Virus record (IMG/VR): IMGVR_UViG_3300035181_001203
Span: 1-64,000 of that record
From: a virus
Length of the DNA stretch: 64,000 nt
Reading direction: 5' to 3' (one strand)
Shown: positions 10,483 to 18,142 of the stretch, one piece after another
How the letters are laid out: each line of letters opens with the position of its first letter
Position numbering within the stretch: position 1 is the first letter of the stretch
Program-made: the position numbers and the translations under genes
The notes under the pieces: generated by a model
What the model saw: only the letters and a program-made list of their open reading frames with translations
Told to the model about the DNA's origin: nothing
The model's database searches: none

Positions 10483-10872
10483 TTAGTTTACAGCATTTTG
10501 AATTTGCTTACCAAGTTTAGTTCCTTGTTGTCTTAATGAAGCCATTAAATTAGTTCCATAACTAGGTAAGGGAGCAGAAGATTTAGCTGCTGTAGCAATA
10601 GCTTTTTGAGCTACTCCCATTTTATTAGCTCCTTGAATAACATTTTTACCTAGAGTTCCAACACCGCCAGCAAGACCACCAATAGCTCCGCCTTTTAAGG
10701 CTCCAGATAATGTTTCACCAGGTTTAGCAGTTACAGCTCCAGCTAATGCTCCAGTCCCAGCACCAATAGCCGCATTTCTAACTGTTGGGATTGCCATTAA
10801 CTTAGAGCCAACACTTAAAGCTGTATCTAATAATCCAGCATGTTTTTCTAATGCAAGCTTGATTAAGCTCAT
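10483..10872 (-). CDS. Small glycine-zipper protein with MSLIKLA leader
   Basis: Start at 10872 overlaps the baseplate gene stop (TAATG). MSLIKLALEKHAG; AIGAGTGALAGA, GGAIGGLAGG. Confidence 0.65.
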   Translation of the reverse strand: MSLIKLALEKHAGLLDTALSVGSKLMAIPTVRNAAIGAGTGALAGAVTAKPGETLSGALKGGAIGGLAGGVGTLGKNVIQGANKMGVAQKAIATAAKSSAPLPSYGTNLMASLRQQGTKLGKQIQNAVN

Positions 10873-12584
10873 TACCAACTCCCTTTAATAAATGTAATAT
10901 CTGTTGGATTAATAAAATATCTACAAGTCCTATAAGTGGCTGACAAGCCATTCTTAATCTTAGGATAAATTTGTCTAGTTGACAAGTAGCAATTTGATGA
11001 ACCATCAATATTATCAACAACCATTTTAGCAAAACATGGGTATGAAGTTGATGTTTGTACTCCAGTAATTTCACCAGTTGAATCAAATAAATATGGAAGA
11101 TTTGATGATAATGTATTAGTAGGAACAACTACTGGATCAGCCCATAATTCACTAATACGAACAGGAGCATCAAAATCCTTAAGTAAAGTGCTTAATCTAA
11201 TAGGTTCTTGTAGTGACCATCCATTAATCATATTAGCAATATTCGTTGCCCATAGCTGTTCATTAACATAATAATTTTGATCATATACAATAACTAATTG
11301 TTTTACTTGAATAGGAATAAATGATTTAATTAAATTTACAGATGTTATTACTCTTGCATCAGAACCTATAAATGTTTGTATGTCTTCAAAACTATTTAAT
11401 GTATTATAATTAAGAGTAATTACTTCAGTAGCATTAATAGCAGAAGTAGTTAAAACAGTTATTCTTAATGACTCATAAATTGAATAACGATAATTTTTTC
11501 CATATGCTTTTTCTACTGGATCCGGTAAAACTTCAACAATATAATCTACTTCTCCATTTACTTTAGTTTTGAATGTAGTATTTGTTATAGTTGAATTCAT
11601 CCAATCAAAAGAAATAACTGGCATAATTGGTAATGGATTTGCAGATTGTAATTTGGTCCAGGGGAGAAGTGATTGAGCCCCTGGTAACGCAGTATCTACA
11701 GCATTCCAATCAAACCCTTTATATCTACGAAGAGTAAAAGTATAACCAGTACTATCTGCATTTCTAGTTGCTGTGGTTGTAAATGTTGTTGGAATAGATT
11801 CAGTTCTTATATAAATATCTGTCATACCACCAAAATGTCCAGACCATGATTTAGCAGCAACGGCAATATCTCGTTGCATTTCTGGATCACCATATCCAAT
11901 AGATAAACAATCTGTAATGTTTGGATATGCAGTTTTTAAAATAGTATATATTGAATCAGGGCCAACAGCATTACGATTAGTAAGTGATTTTTTAATTGAT
12001 TGAATAAATTCTGCATCTGTTTCTGCTGATAATGGGACAGATGATGATTGTAAATTATTAACACTATTTAATTGTGGATGACTTATACTTGTAGTTTTTA
12101 TTGAATTTGGAGCAACTGGAGTTAATGATAATGAACTAGAACAAATAATAGTCGCAACTCTATAAGTTATTCCTGCTAAAACAACAGTTGGTAATAATTC
12201 ATATGTAAAAAGATAATTCTGTATTGGATAGAATACGGCATTTTGAGAAGTTCTAAATTCATCTGTAGTAGATACTACTAATGGTTCAACTACACCAGCA
12301 ACATTATTTAAATAAATTTGAATAGATATATTAGTTAATGATTGTGTTCGACGTGTTATGAAAAATAATTTTGCAAACTCATCTAATTGAGAACTTGACA
12401 TATTCTCTAATTGCATTGATCGTAAAGTAGTTGCATTAATATCAAATAATGGTTTAGCTAAAACTGAAAATGGCAATATAACCATATTATAAAATGCACT
12501 AGATTCAGACATATCTATATCTGAAAATCTAGGGTCTGCCTGTAATATATCTAAAGAGAATTTAATGATATCTGTGCTATTCAT
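10872..12584 (-). CDS. Baseplate J/gp6-like wedge protein
   Basis: LDEFAKLFFITR, ETDAEFIQSIKKSL, IGYGDPEMQRD and GGMTDIY patterns; next to gp25-like gene. Confidence 0.75.
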   Translation of the reverse strand: MNSTDIIKFSLDILQADPRFSDIDMSESSAFYNMVILPFSVLAKPLFDINATTLRSMQLENMSSSQLDEFAKLFFITRRTQSLTNISIQIYLNNVAGVVEPLVVSTTDEFRTSQNAVFYPIQNYLFTYELLPTVVLAGITYRVATIICSSSLSLTPVAPNSIKTTSISHPQLNSVNNLQSSSVPLSAETDAEFIQSIKKSLTNRNAVGPDSIYTILKTAYPNITDCLSIGYGDPEMQRDIAVAAKSWSGHFGGMTDIYIRTESIPTTFTTTATRNADSTGYTFTLRRYKGFDWNAVDTALPGAQSLLPWTKLQSANPLPIMPVISFDWMNSTITNTTFKTKVNGEVDYIVEVLPDPVEKAYGKNYRYSIYESLRITVLTTSAINATEVITLNYNTLNSFEDIQTFIGSDARVITSVNLIKSFIPIQVKQLVIVYDQNYYVNEQLWATNIANMINGWSLQEPIRLSTLLKDFDAPVRISELWADPVVVPTNTLSSNLPYLFDSTGEITGVQTSTSYPCFAKMVVDNIDGSSNCYLSTRQIYPKIKNGLSATYRTCRYFINPTDITFIKGSW

Positions 12585-12590
12585 TCAATC

Positions 12591-13010
12591 TCACTTTACT
12601 GGTAACTTTATTATTGTGTTACTATTATTTGTAGATACTCTTATTGATAATACTAAAGCTGCATTTGTTTTATCAAATAAAATATCTTTTAATTCTAAAG
12701 TTTTAATTCTATCGTTAGCTGGAATATTATTTACAAGCTCATCTGATTGAATTTTCTTTTTAATTAATAATAAATTACTAGAAAAGATAGCTTTAAAATC
12801 GCTAGATCCTAAAGAATCAAAACTATACTTACCAATAGAAGTTACTTCTCCACCATTGATTGTAGAAAAATAAGTTATTTTGCTTTCAGATAAAATTAAT
12901 GTTTGAACTTTTTGTAATAAATTTTCAAAATTATTATTCATACTGGAAAAATTAATTCCAAAAGAAAGATTGCCATATAAATCTCTAGATGTAAAATTGA
13001 TATCACGCAT
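12591..13010 (-). CDS. Baseplate wedge gp25/W-like protein
   Basis: Size, position before J, C-terminal DRIKTLELKDI...LSIRVST pattern. Confidence 0.55.
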   Translation of the reverse strand: MRDINFTSRDLYGNLSFGINFSSMNNNFENLLQKVQTLILSESKITYFSTINGGEVTSIGKYSFDSLGSSDFKAIFSSNLLLIKKKIQSDELVNNIPANDRIKTLELKDILFDKTNAALVLSIRVSTNNSNTIIKLPVK

Positions 13011-13419
13011 TTGTATTATCTTTTATGAGGGATAATTTTAATTGAAGCTTACTAGAAATACTTCTAATGCTTTGAGACTTTAATTTATTATTAGTTACAG
13101 AAGTAAGCTGATTATCTATTTCGGTATTTTGAGAAGATAAAGAATTTGTCCTAACTGAAATACTTGCAGCATATTCAGTTAAGTAATCTTTTGGTTTCTT
13201 ATAAATTTCAATTAAAGACCTTTTAATAGCAACTTGGTCATAAAATCCATTACTCAATTGAATTAATTGCTCAGAACTAGAAACATTATGCAATGCATTT
13301 AATTCAGTTGATGGATCAATATCTAAAATTAAATTTGGAGCAGAATTATTACCAGTTAAATAATTACTTAACTGTTTTAAGTATTGAATTGAACTATTAG
13401 CATAACTTTTAAATGACAA
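13003..13419 (-). CDS. Hypothetical protein
   Basis: 138-aa ORF overlapping its neighbours in the operon. Confidence 0.6.
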   Translation of the reverse strand: MSFKSYANSSIQYLKQLSNYLTGNNSAPNLILDIDPSTELNALHNVSSSEQLIQLSNGFYDQVAIKRSLIEIYKKPKDYLTEYAASISVRTNSLSSQNTEIDNQLTSVTNNKLKSQSIRSISSKLQLKLSLIKDNTNA

Positions 13420-13786
13420 TTGTAGATACTCCAGTAGATGTATCGCTCAATGCTCTAAGAGAAATCATACTATTTTGTATTGATAAAGTAATTGCATCGC
13501 CCCAAAGTTTAGCTCGTTTTTGTAGATCTGCAAGCTGTAGGGTATCATCTTGAAATAATGCTCTGACAACTCCGACAGTATAAAAAGCAACGGGATCGCC
13601 AGCGGTTACTTTAAATTTGGGATAGGTCAGATCCAGGGGATCACCAAACTGACCTGAAGGATTTATTTCTATATCACCAAATTTTTGAATTAATGCATCA
13701 TCAGCAGCATCCTTGGCGACAAGTCTAATTTCTACGCTAATGCCACCATCAATTAATTTAGTTGTTCTCTGAATTGAGGAAGCCAT
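13409..13786 (-). CDS. Hypothetical (probably structural) protein
   Basis: 125-aa ORF coupled to the sigma gene (TAATG). Confidence 0.6.
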   Translation of the reverse strand: MASSIQRTTKLIDGGISVEIRLVAKDAADDALIQKFGDIEINPSGQFGDPLDLTYPKFKVTAGDPVAFYTVGVVRALFQDDTLQLADLQKRAKLWGDAITLSIQNSMISLRALSDTSTGVSTIVI

Positions 13787-14454
13787 TATTTGAACCTCTT
13801 AGCAAGCGAAGTCTTTAAGCGGGAGACTTCGTATGGTTTCATTTTAAATTTCTTACCAAACTCTTGTGGAGATAAAATTTCCGCACCACCAAAACCAGTT
13901 AATGAATCAAATTGTTTTTGTTCTTTTTTATTCATTTGATTTCTAACGGAAAAAATTCTATCGCTCATTTTACTATCAGTATTAGTTGCATTAGTTTGAA
14001 ATTCTGTATCTGAATCATTAATTAAATCTGCCCTATTGTTATGAATAATACGTTCAATATGACTTTGTGGTAAATGCATATAATCTGATAAATCTTCTAC
14101 TGTAGGTTCTCTTCCTAATTCATCACTTAAGTATGCTTTAGCTTGATTTAATCTGCCTAGCTGTTGTATCTGATGCTCAGGGACGCTACTAGCATTCTGA
14201 TGTAAATAGATAAGTCTAGATAGTTGAGAAATATGATTATATAAGTGAGTATTGATTGCTGCTTTTTCTGGATCAAAGGTTTTGAATGCTTCTAAAGCAT
14301 AATGATTACCATATGTAGTAAGCACCGCATCTGGTATAATTCCTCTCCATTTATTAATATTTGCTTTTATGTATGGAGAATATGCATCGAGCAGAAGTTG
14401 CCCGTTTTCTTTTGTTGGATTTTTTTGGTATTGTAAAATAAGTTCATTTGACAT
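13786..14454 (-). CDS. Phage sigma70-family sigma factor (group 3/FliA-like)
   Basis: Region 2 EAFKTFDPEKAAINTHLY, region 3 LSDELGREPTVEDLSDYM, region 4 HTH LSPQEFGKKFKMKPYEVSRL. Confidence 0.88.
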   Translation of the reverse strand: MSNELILQYQKNPTKENGQLLLDAYSPYIKANINKWRGIIPDAVLTTYGNHYALEAFKTFDPEKAAINTHLYNHISQLSRLIYLHQNASSVPEHQIQQLGRLNQAKAYLSDELGREPTVEDLSDYMHLPQSHIERIIHNNRADLINDSDTEFQTNATNTDSKMSDRIFSVRNQMNKKEQKQFDSLTGFGGAEILSPQEFGKKFKMKPYEVSRLKTSLAKRFK

Positions 14455-14462
14455 ACAACGTA

Positions 14463-14491
14463 ATTATAGCATGATAAAACCTAGCTATCAA
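14463..14491 (-). promoter_or_regulatory. Sigma70-like promoter for the sigma gene (near-leaderless transcript)
   Basis: TTGATA-17 nt-TATAAT with extended TG; ATG lies 8 nt after the -10 and there is no SD. Confidence 0.65.
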
Positions 14492-14495
14492 TGAC

Positions 14496-14523
14496 GCAAA
14501 AATATATGGCTTTTTGTTATAAT
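14496..14523 (+). promoter_or_regulatory. Conserved promoter motif GCAA-N15-TGTTATAA (copy 1)
   Basis: GCAAAAATATATGGCTTTTTGTTATAAT followed by GGAGG RBS. Confidence 0.7.
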
Positions 14524-14542
14524 ATATTTGGAGGCTATTTAT

Positions 14543-14689
14543 ATGGCTAAGCAATACCTCAGAAAAAAACCTTTTTGGTATGCATATGTTCCCCTACCCT
14601 GGTGGGTAGGATTTGGAATCATCATGCTTACGCTGTTGTGGATTTTCAGCAAAACAGGACTACCTGTTGAGCTTGAAACAAGAGTATAA
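14543..14689 (+). CDS. Small membrane protein, 48 aa (not in ORF track)
   Basis: MAKQYLRKKPFWYAYVPLPWWVGFGIIMLTLLWIFSKTGLPVELETRV; GGAGG RBS and promoter directly upstream; one TM helix. Confidence 0.7.
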   Translation: MAKQYLRKKPFWYAYVPLPWWVGFGIIMLTLLWIFSKTGLPVELETRV

Positions 14690-14721
14690 TTACTCTTGTT
14701 TTTTACCTCTTCAAAAACCGC

Positions 14722-14749
14722 TTGACCTTTGATCTTTCTGTGATACCAT
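14722..14749 (+). promoter_or_regulatory. Sigma70-like promoter ahead of the RNA island
   Basis: TTGACC-16 nt-TACCAT with extended TG. Confidence 0.45.
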
Positions 14750-14959
14750 TTATATATGCCAACGGAATTCGCTGGCTACCATTAGATTACCGACTTGCTT
14801 TGACGGAATCATGGTTGAGCAGATCCACTAGATTTGTTGGATCGAATTTGACAAAGCCCCTATAATGATCCTGAATTGTTATGGGGGCTAAATAATGTAT
14901 AAAGTGATAATTTTATTAATGATAAAATATCATTAATAGAATAAGCTCCACTAATAAAA

Positions 14960-15050
14960 GGAAGATTGGCCGAGAGGTTTAAGGCAGCGGCTTTGAATAC
15001 CGCAGATGGTTAATAACTATCCACAGGTTCGAATCCTGTATCTTCCGCCA
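14960..15050 (+). tRNA. tRNA-Ser(TGA)
   Basis: GGAAGAT/ATCTTCC acceptor, long variable arm, GGTTCGAATCC, encoded CCA. Confidence 0.92.
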
Positions 15051-15289
15051 TTATATTTCAATAGAAGAGAACCTGACTATTATTCCCGTTCTTGAAACGG
15101 GCAATGCTCCTAGTTTCATTGGATGGGGTATAACTAGGCACGTTTTTTCAATGTCTTTTTTCGTAGACTAACCTGGAAGCTTAGTCATAAAAAGACTGTT
15201 AACGACCCTCTGCACAGGCCATCGTTAATTGAGGTTTTTGGTCATCCGAGAAAAAGAAAACCATTAAAAAACCTAATCTAGACGAATAA

Positions 15290-15853
15290 ATGGATCTTCT
15301 GATAATGGAAAAATATTTAAGAAATAGAGATAATATGCATTATTCATTAGGTTTTAATATTTTGAAGCCACAATATAAAATTACTTATTGGAAATTTTGG
15401 ACTCATGTTCTTAACCCTCGCACATACTGGCGATTGGTAAAGAATTTTTGTTATCGTGGATTTTATGGATATTCAAAAGAAGATTATTGGGATGGTGAAA
15501 GTTATCTAGAATCAGTAATCTATGGAATTATTAAAGATCTTCGAGAAAATCATATTAATCATCCATCCAATCTTTCAAATGAATCTTGGAATTCTATTTT
15601 AGATGAAATAATCGAAGGTTTAGAGGCAGCGAGTGAGTTGAGAATGGAAGATACGGTTCCTAAAGGAATCTATTCTGAGGGACCGTGGAAGTTTGTTCCA
15701 TCTGAACATGATCCAAAACTTTTCAAGATAATTGATGAATCAAATCATGTTTTTGACAAAGAAGGTTACGATAAATGGCAAGCTCCTTTACTCAAAAAAA
15801 GAAAAAGAGCAATGCTGTTAATCTGTAAATATTGGTTAAATTTTTGGGATTGA
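15290..15853 (+). CDS. Hypothetical protein within the tRNA cluster
   Basis: 187-aa Trp-rich ORF with phage-like codon usage. Confidence 0.7.
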   Translation: MDLLIMEKYLRNRDNMHYSLGFNILKPQYKITYWKFWTHVLNPRTYWRLVKNFCYRGFYGYSKEDYWDGESYLESVIYGIIKDLRENHINHPSNLSNESWNSILDEIIEGLEAASELRMEDTVPKGIYSEGPWKFVPSEHDPKLFKIIDESNHVFDKEGYDKWQAPLLKKRKRAMLLICKYWLNFWD

Positions 15854-15865
15854 AATTTTTCTCAT

Positions 15866-15940
15866 CCTCCTGTAGCTTAATGGATTGAGCAGCGCCCTTC
15901 TAAGGCGCGGGTCTAGGTTCGATTCCTAGCAGGAGGACCA
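15866..15940 (+). tRNA. tRNA-Arg(TCT)
   Basis: CCTCCTG/CAGGAGG acceptor, GCGCC-CTTCTAA-GGCGC anticodon arm, CCA. Confidence 0.95.
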
Positions 15941-15944
15941 GTTC

Positions 15945-16134
15945 ATTTTGCAATTTTGATACCTGAGCGATTGTAACTCCCCACTATAGGGATAATCACT
16001 TAAGCCCATTGCAATATCGCAATAGTTTTCATGCTAACCGTGTATTCAATCGGGAGGATGACATTGGACTTCGAGACTCCAGACTAGATTTGCAAATGCC
16101 ATGCTTTTGGCTGAGTATCAATTTATTGCAAAAT
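15945..16134 (+). ncRNA. Putative structured RNA, ~190 nt
   Basis: Closing stems ATTTTGCAAT/ATTGCAAAAT and TTGATAC/GTATCAA enclose internal hairpins; no ORF. Confidence 0.45.
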
Positions 16135-16155
16135 ACTATATTTATTTGTTATAAT
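16128..16155 (+). promoter_or_regulatory. Conserved promoter motif GCAA-N15-TGTTATAA (copy 2), driving large ncRNA
   Basis: GCAAAATACTATATTTATTTGTTATAAT; no RBS or ORF follows. Confidence 0.7.
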
Positions 16156-16159
16156 ATAC

Positions 16160-16975
16160 ATGGGAGAGTATAAACTTTGGAATATTATGGTCTAGGTTTC
16201 GTCAACCTAGTTAATACCTCGATGACAGAGCTATAGAGTCCCACTTTCTGCGGAATTGTGGATTGGCTTTATAGATGAATGGGGAGCCATAATAACCACG
16301 GAATATACTTTCCATAAAGTTTGAAGAGTTCTTTTCAAAAACTCTGTGTTTGGCGGTAGATGAATGACCGTTCCCCTCATAATAGCTTGATTGGGGTTAT
16401 GAGAATGCTGAAGATCAAGCGTTTGACCGTATCGAATAACGGTCTTGTGATTCCCCACAAATAAACAAGAGGGAGCCACCGCTAGGGCTTGCCGTGTTGA
16501 CAAGCGCGCTACTAGGTGGACAAGCAAGTAAAACACATAAGGTGTTGGTCTGCTTACCACAGACTACGGGTTAAAGAATTCCCGTTAAACTTGCAACAGC
16601 CATATATAGATAGGTCTATCGGCGGATAGGTTTATCGAAAATATGGCTCAACTAGTTCAGTCTCGCAAACTGAATTAGTTGCCAGGGCTTGCTAATTAGG
16701 GACGCCTAATAGCAAGAACCTGGGAAACGTTTATCAGTGGCGATTCACTGATGGGTTAAGAAGTTAGCCTGTAAGACCTTTCTATTCTAACGAATAGTAG
16801 GCAAAAAAACTTCAGATACCAACGCCAAGCCTACCTCATCAGGCCGCGTTGAAAATATGGATGAGGGAGTTGCCGGACCTAATAGAAACCGGATAGGGAT
16901 AAGTGCATTTAGAGTTGCAACTCTAAGCCCGAACATATTAAGCCCGAGCAAATGCAAATACTCGGGCGCTTTTCT
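16160..16975 (+). ncRNA. Large multi-domain structured ncRNA, ~810 nt, unassigned
   Basis: Visibly GC-richer than coding DNA, nested long-range helices, many hairpins, own promoter, 3' hairpin plus U-rich tail. Confidence 0.7.
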
Positions 16976-17094
16976 GAAAGGATCACTTCGGAGCTAGTAC
17001 AATCATCGGATTGTATTAATTCCATACCCGGAAGTGATCCTTTGAGAGAAGAATTTTTAAAAATCAAGTTTTCAACGTAAAGAATAATAATAAT

Positions 17095-17182
17095 GCGGCT
17101 GTGGCGGAATCGGTAGACGCTACAGACTTAAAATCTGTCGTAGGTAAACTACATGCCGGTTCGAGTCCGGCCAGCCGCACCA
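17095..17182 (+). tRNA. tRNA-Leu(TAA)
   Basis: GCGGCTG/CAGCCGC acceptor, ACAGA-CTTAAAA-TCTGT, long variable arm, CCA. Confidence 0.95.
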
Positions 17183-17195
17183 AAAAATACACCAA

Positions 17196-17700
17196 GGATT
17201 GAGAGCTTGCTTAAATGCAAATCTACGGATGCTCGAAACTGATCGTCAATGGTGGTAGCCCGATAAGATTAACTCGGGCAAACTTCACGTTCTCAATTCC
17301 AAGTCTGACGAACGGAAGTGTAATGACTTGGGTAAGGTCCACGCACTTTAAGACCTTTGGGGGTAGGGACAAGTGGATTAAAACCCCTCGTGCAAGTTTG
17401 GGAGACTGTAAAGATGCTTAAGGCATCTGTAAGCTGATTCAAAGGCCCTTGAGTAAAGGCTGTAATTTAATGGAAGCGCGGCATCCATTTTAGTTTCGTA
17501 AGGGGGGAGCGAAAGCTGAGAACCTTGTGCGAGATATGCCGATTAACAAGAAAGGTAGCCTAAGCTTATAAGTTAAGACCACTTCCAGGGTGCAAGGCTC
17601 TGGCTTGCATTAATGCAGACATTAAGTAGGCGTTTCATGAAACGCACAACTTAATACCGATAAAAGTTCTGCAATAGCCAATCAATTCGGTGATATTGGC
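17196..17700 (+). ncRNA. Large structured ncRNA, ~510 nt, between tRNA-Leu and tRNA-Lys, unassigned
   Basis: Multiple helices plus a long-range loop pairing GGAAGTG/CACTTCC; no credible ORF. Confidence 0.65.
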
Positions 17701-17709
17701 AAACTTTAT

Positions 17710-17786
17710 GGAACCTTAGCTCAGTTGGTTAGAGCATCTGACTTTTAATCAGAGGGTGCCGGGTTCGATTCCCGGAGGTTCCACCA
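17710..17786 (+). tRNA. tRNA-Lys(TTT)
   Basis: GGAACCT/AGGTTCC acceptor, TCTGA-CTTTTAA-TCAGA, CCA. Confidence 0.95.
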
Positions 17787-17788
17787 AT

Positions 17789-18123
17789 AACCAAGTGTCC
17801 TGCATTCCAGGACTCGATATGCATAATCGCAGCTTGGTTTTTCGGAGAAGAGACTTACCGTGAGGAAGTCAACAAACTGGTGTTAAGGGATTACACCTTC
17901 TCCGAATAGAATCGCTATTAAATTCTGGTGAAGATTTAATAGCAAGCTTGTTGTCTGCTAGTGGCAACTGAAAAAACTCTTCTTACAGGAAGAGTTTAAA
18001 CTAGCTATCAAATCCTGGTTATTAGGAATGACAAAAAGGTGTAGTCTGACAGCTACATTCCCACAAATCATTCGCCTTGTCAGGGGAAACCGAAATCAAT
18101 ATGATTTCCGGCAGGATTTGATA
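17789..18123 (+). ncRNA. Series of small structured RNA elements
   Basis: Closed domains at 17789-17839, 17841-17906 and 18006-18123, plus three simple hairpins. Confidence 0.5.
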
Positions 18124-18142
18124 TACTAACAGAATATCACTT

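Noticed and set aside
16231-16560. 109-aa minus-strand ORF
   Set aside because: No RBS, atypical composition, antisense to a promoter-driven structured RNA
16555-16620. CACAGACTA resembling the group I intron R element
   Set aside because: No matching TAGTC (P7 partner) or interrupted host gene; explained by a local GGTCTG/CAGACT hairpin
17299-17331. CTGACGA hammerhead-like core
   Set aside because: No stem II-GAAA-stem III arrangement; it lies in a hairpin loop
17215-17421. 68-aa plus-strand ORF between tRNAs
   Set aside because: No clear RBS, non-phage codon usage, sequence explained by RNA helices
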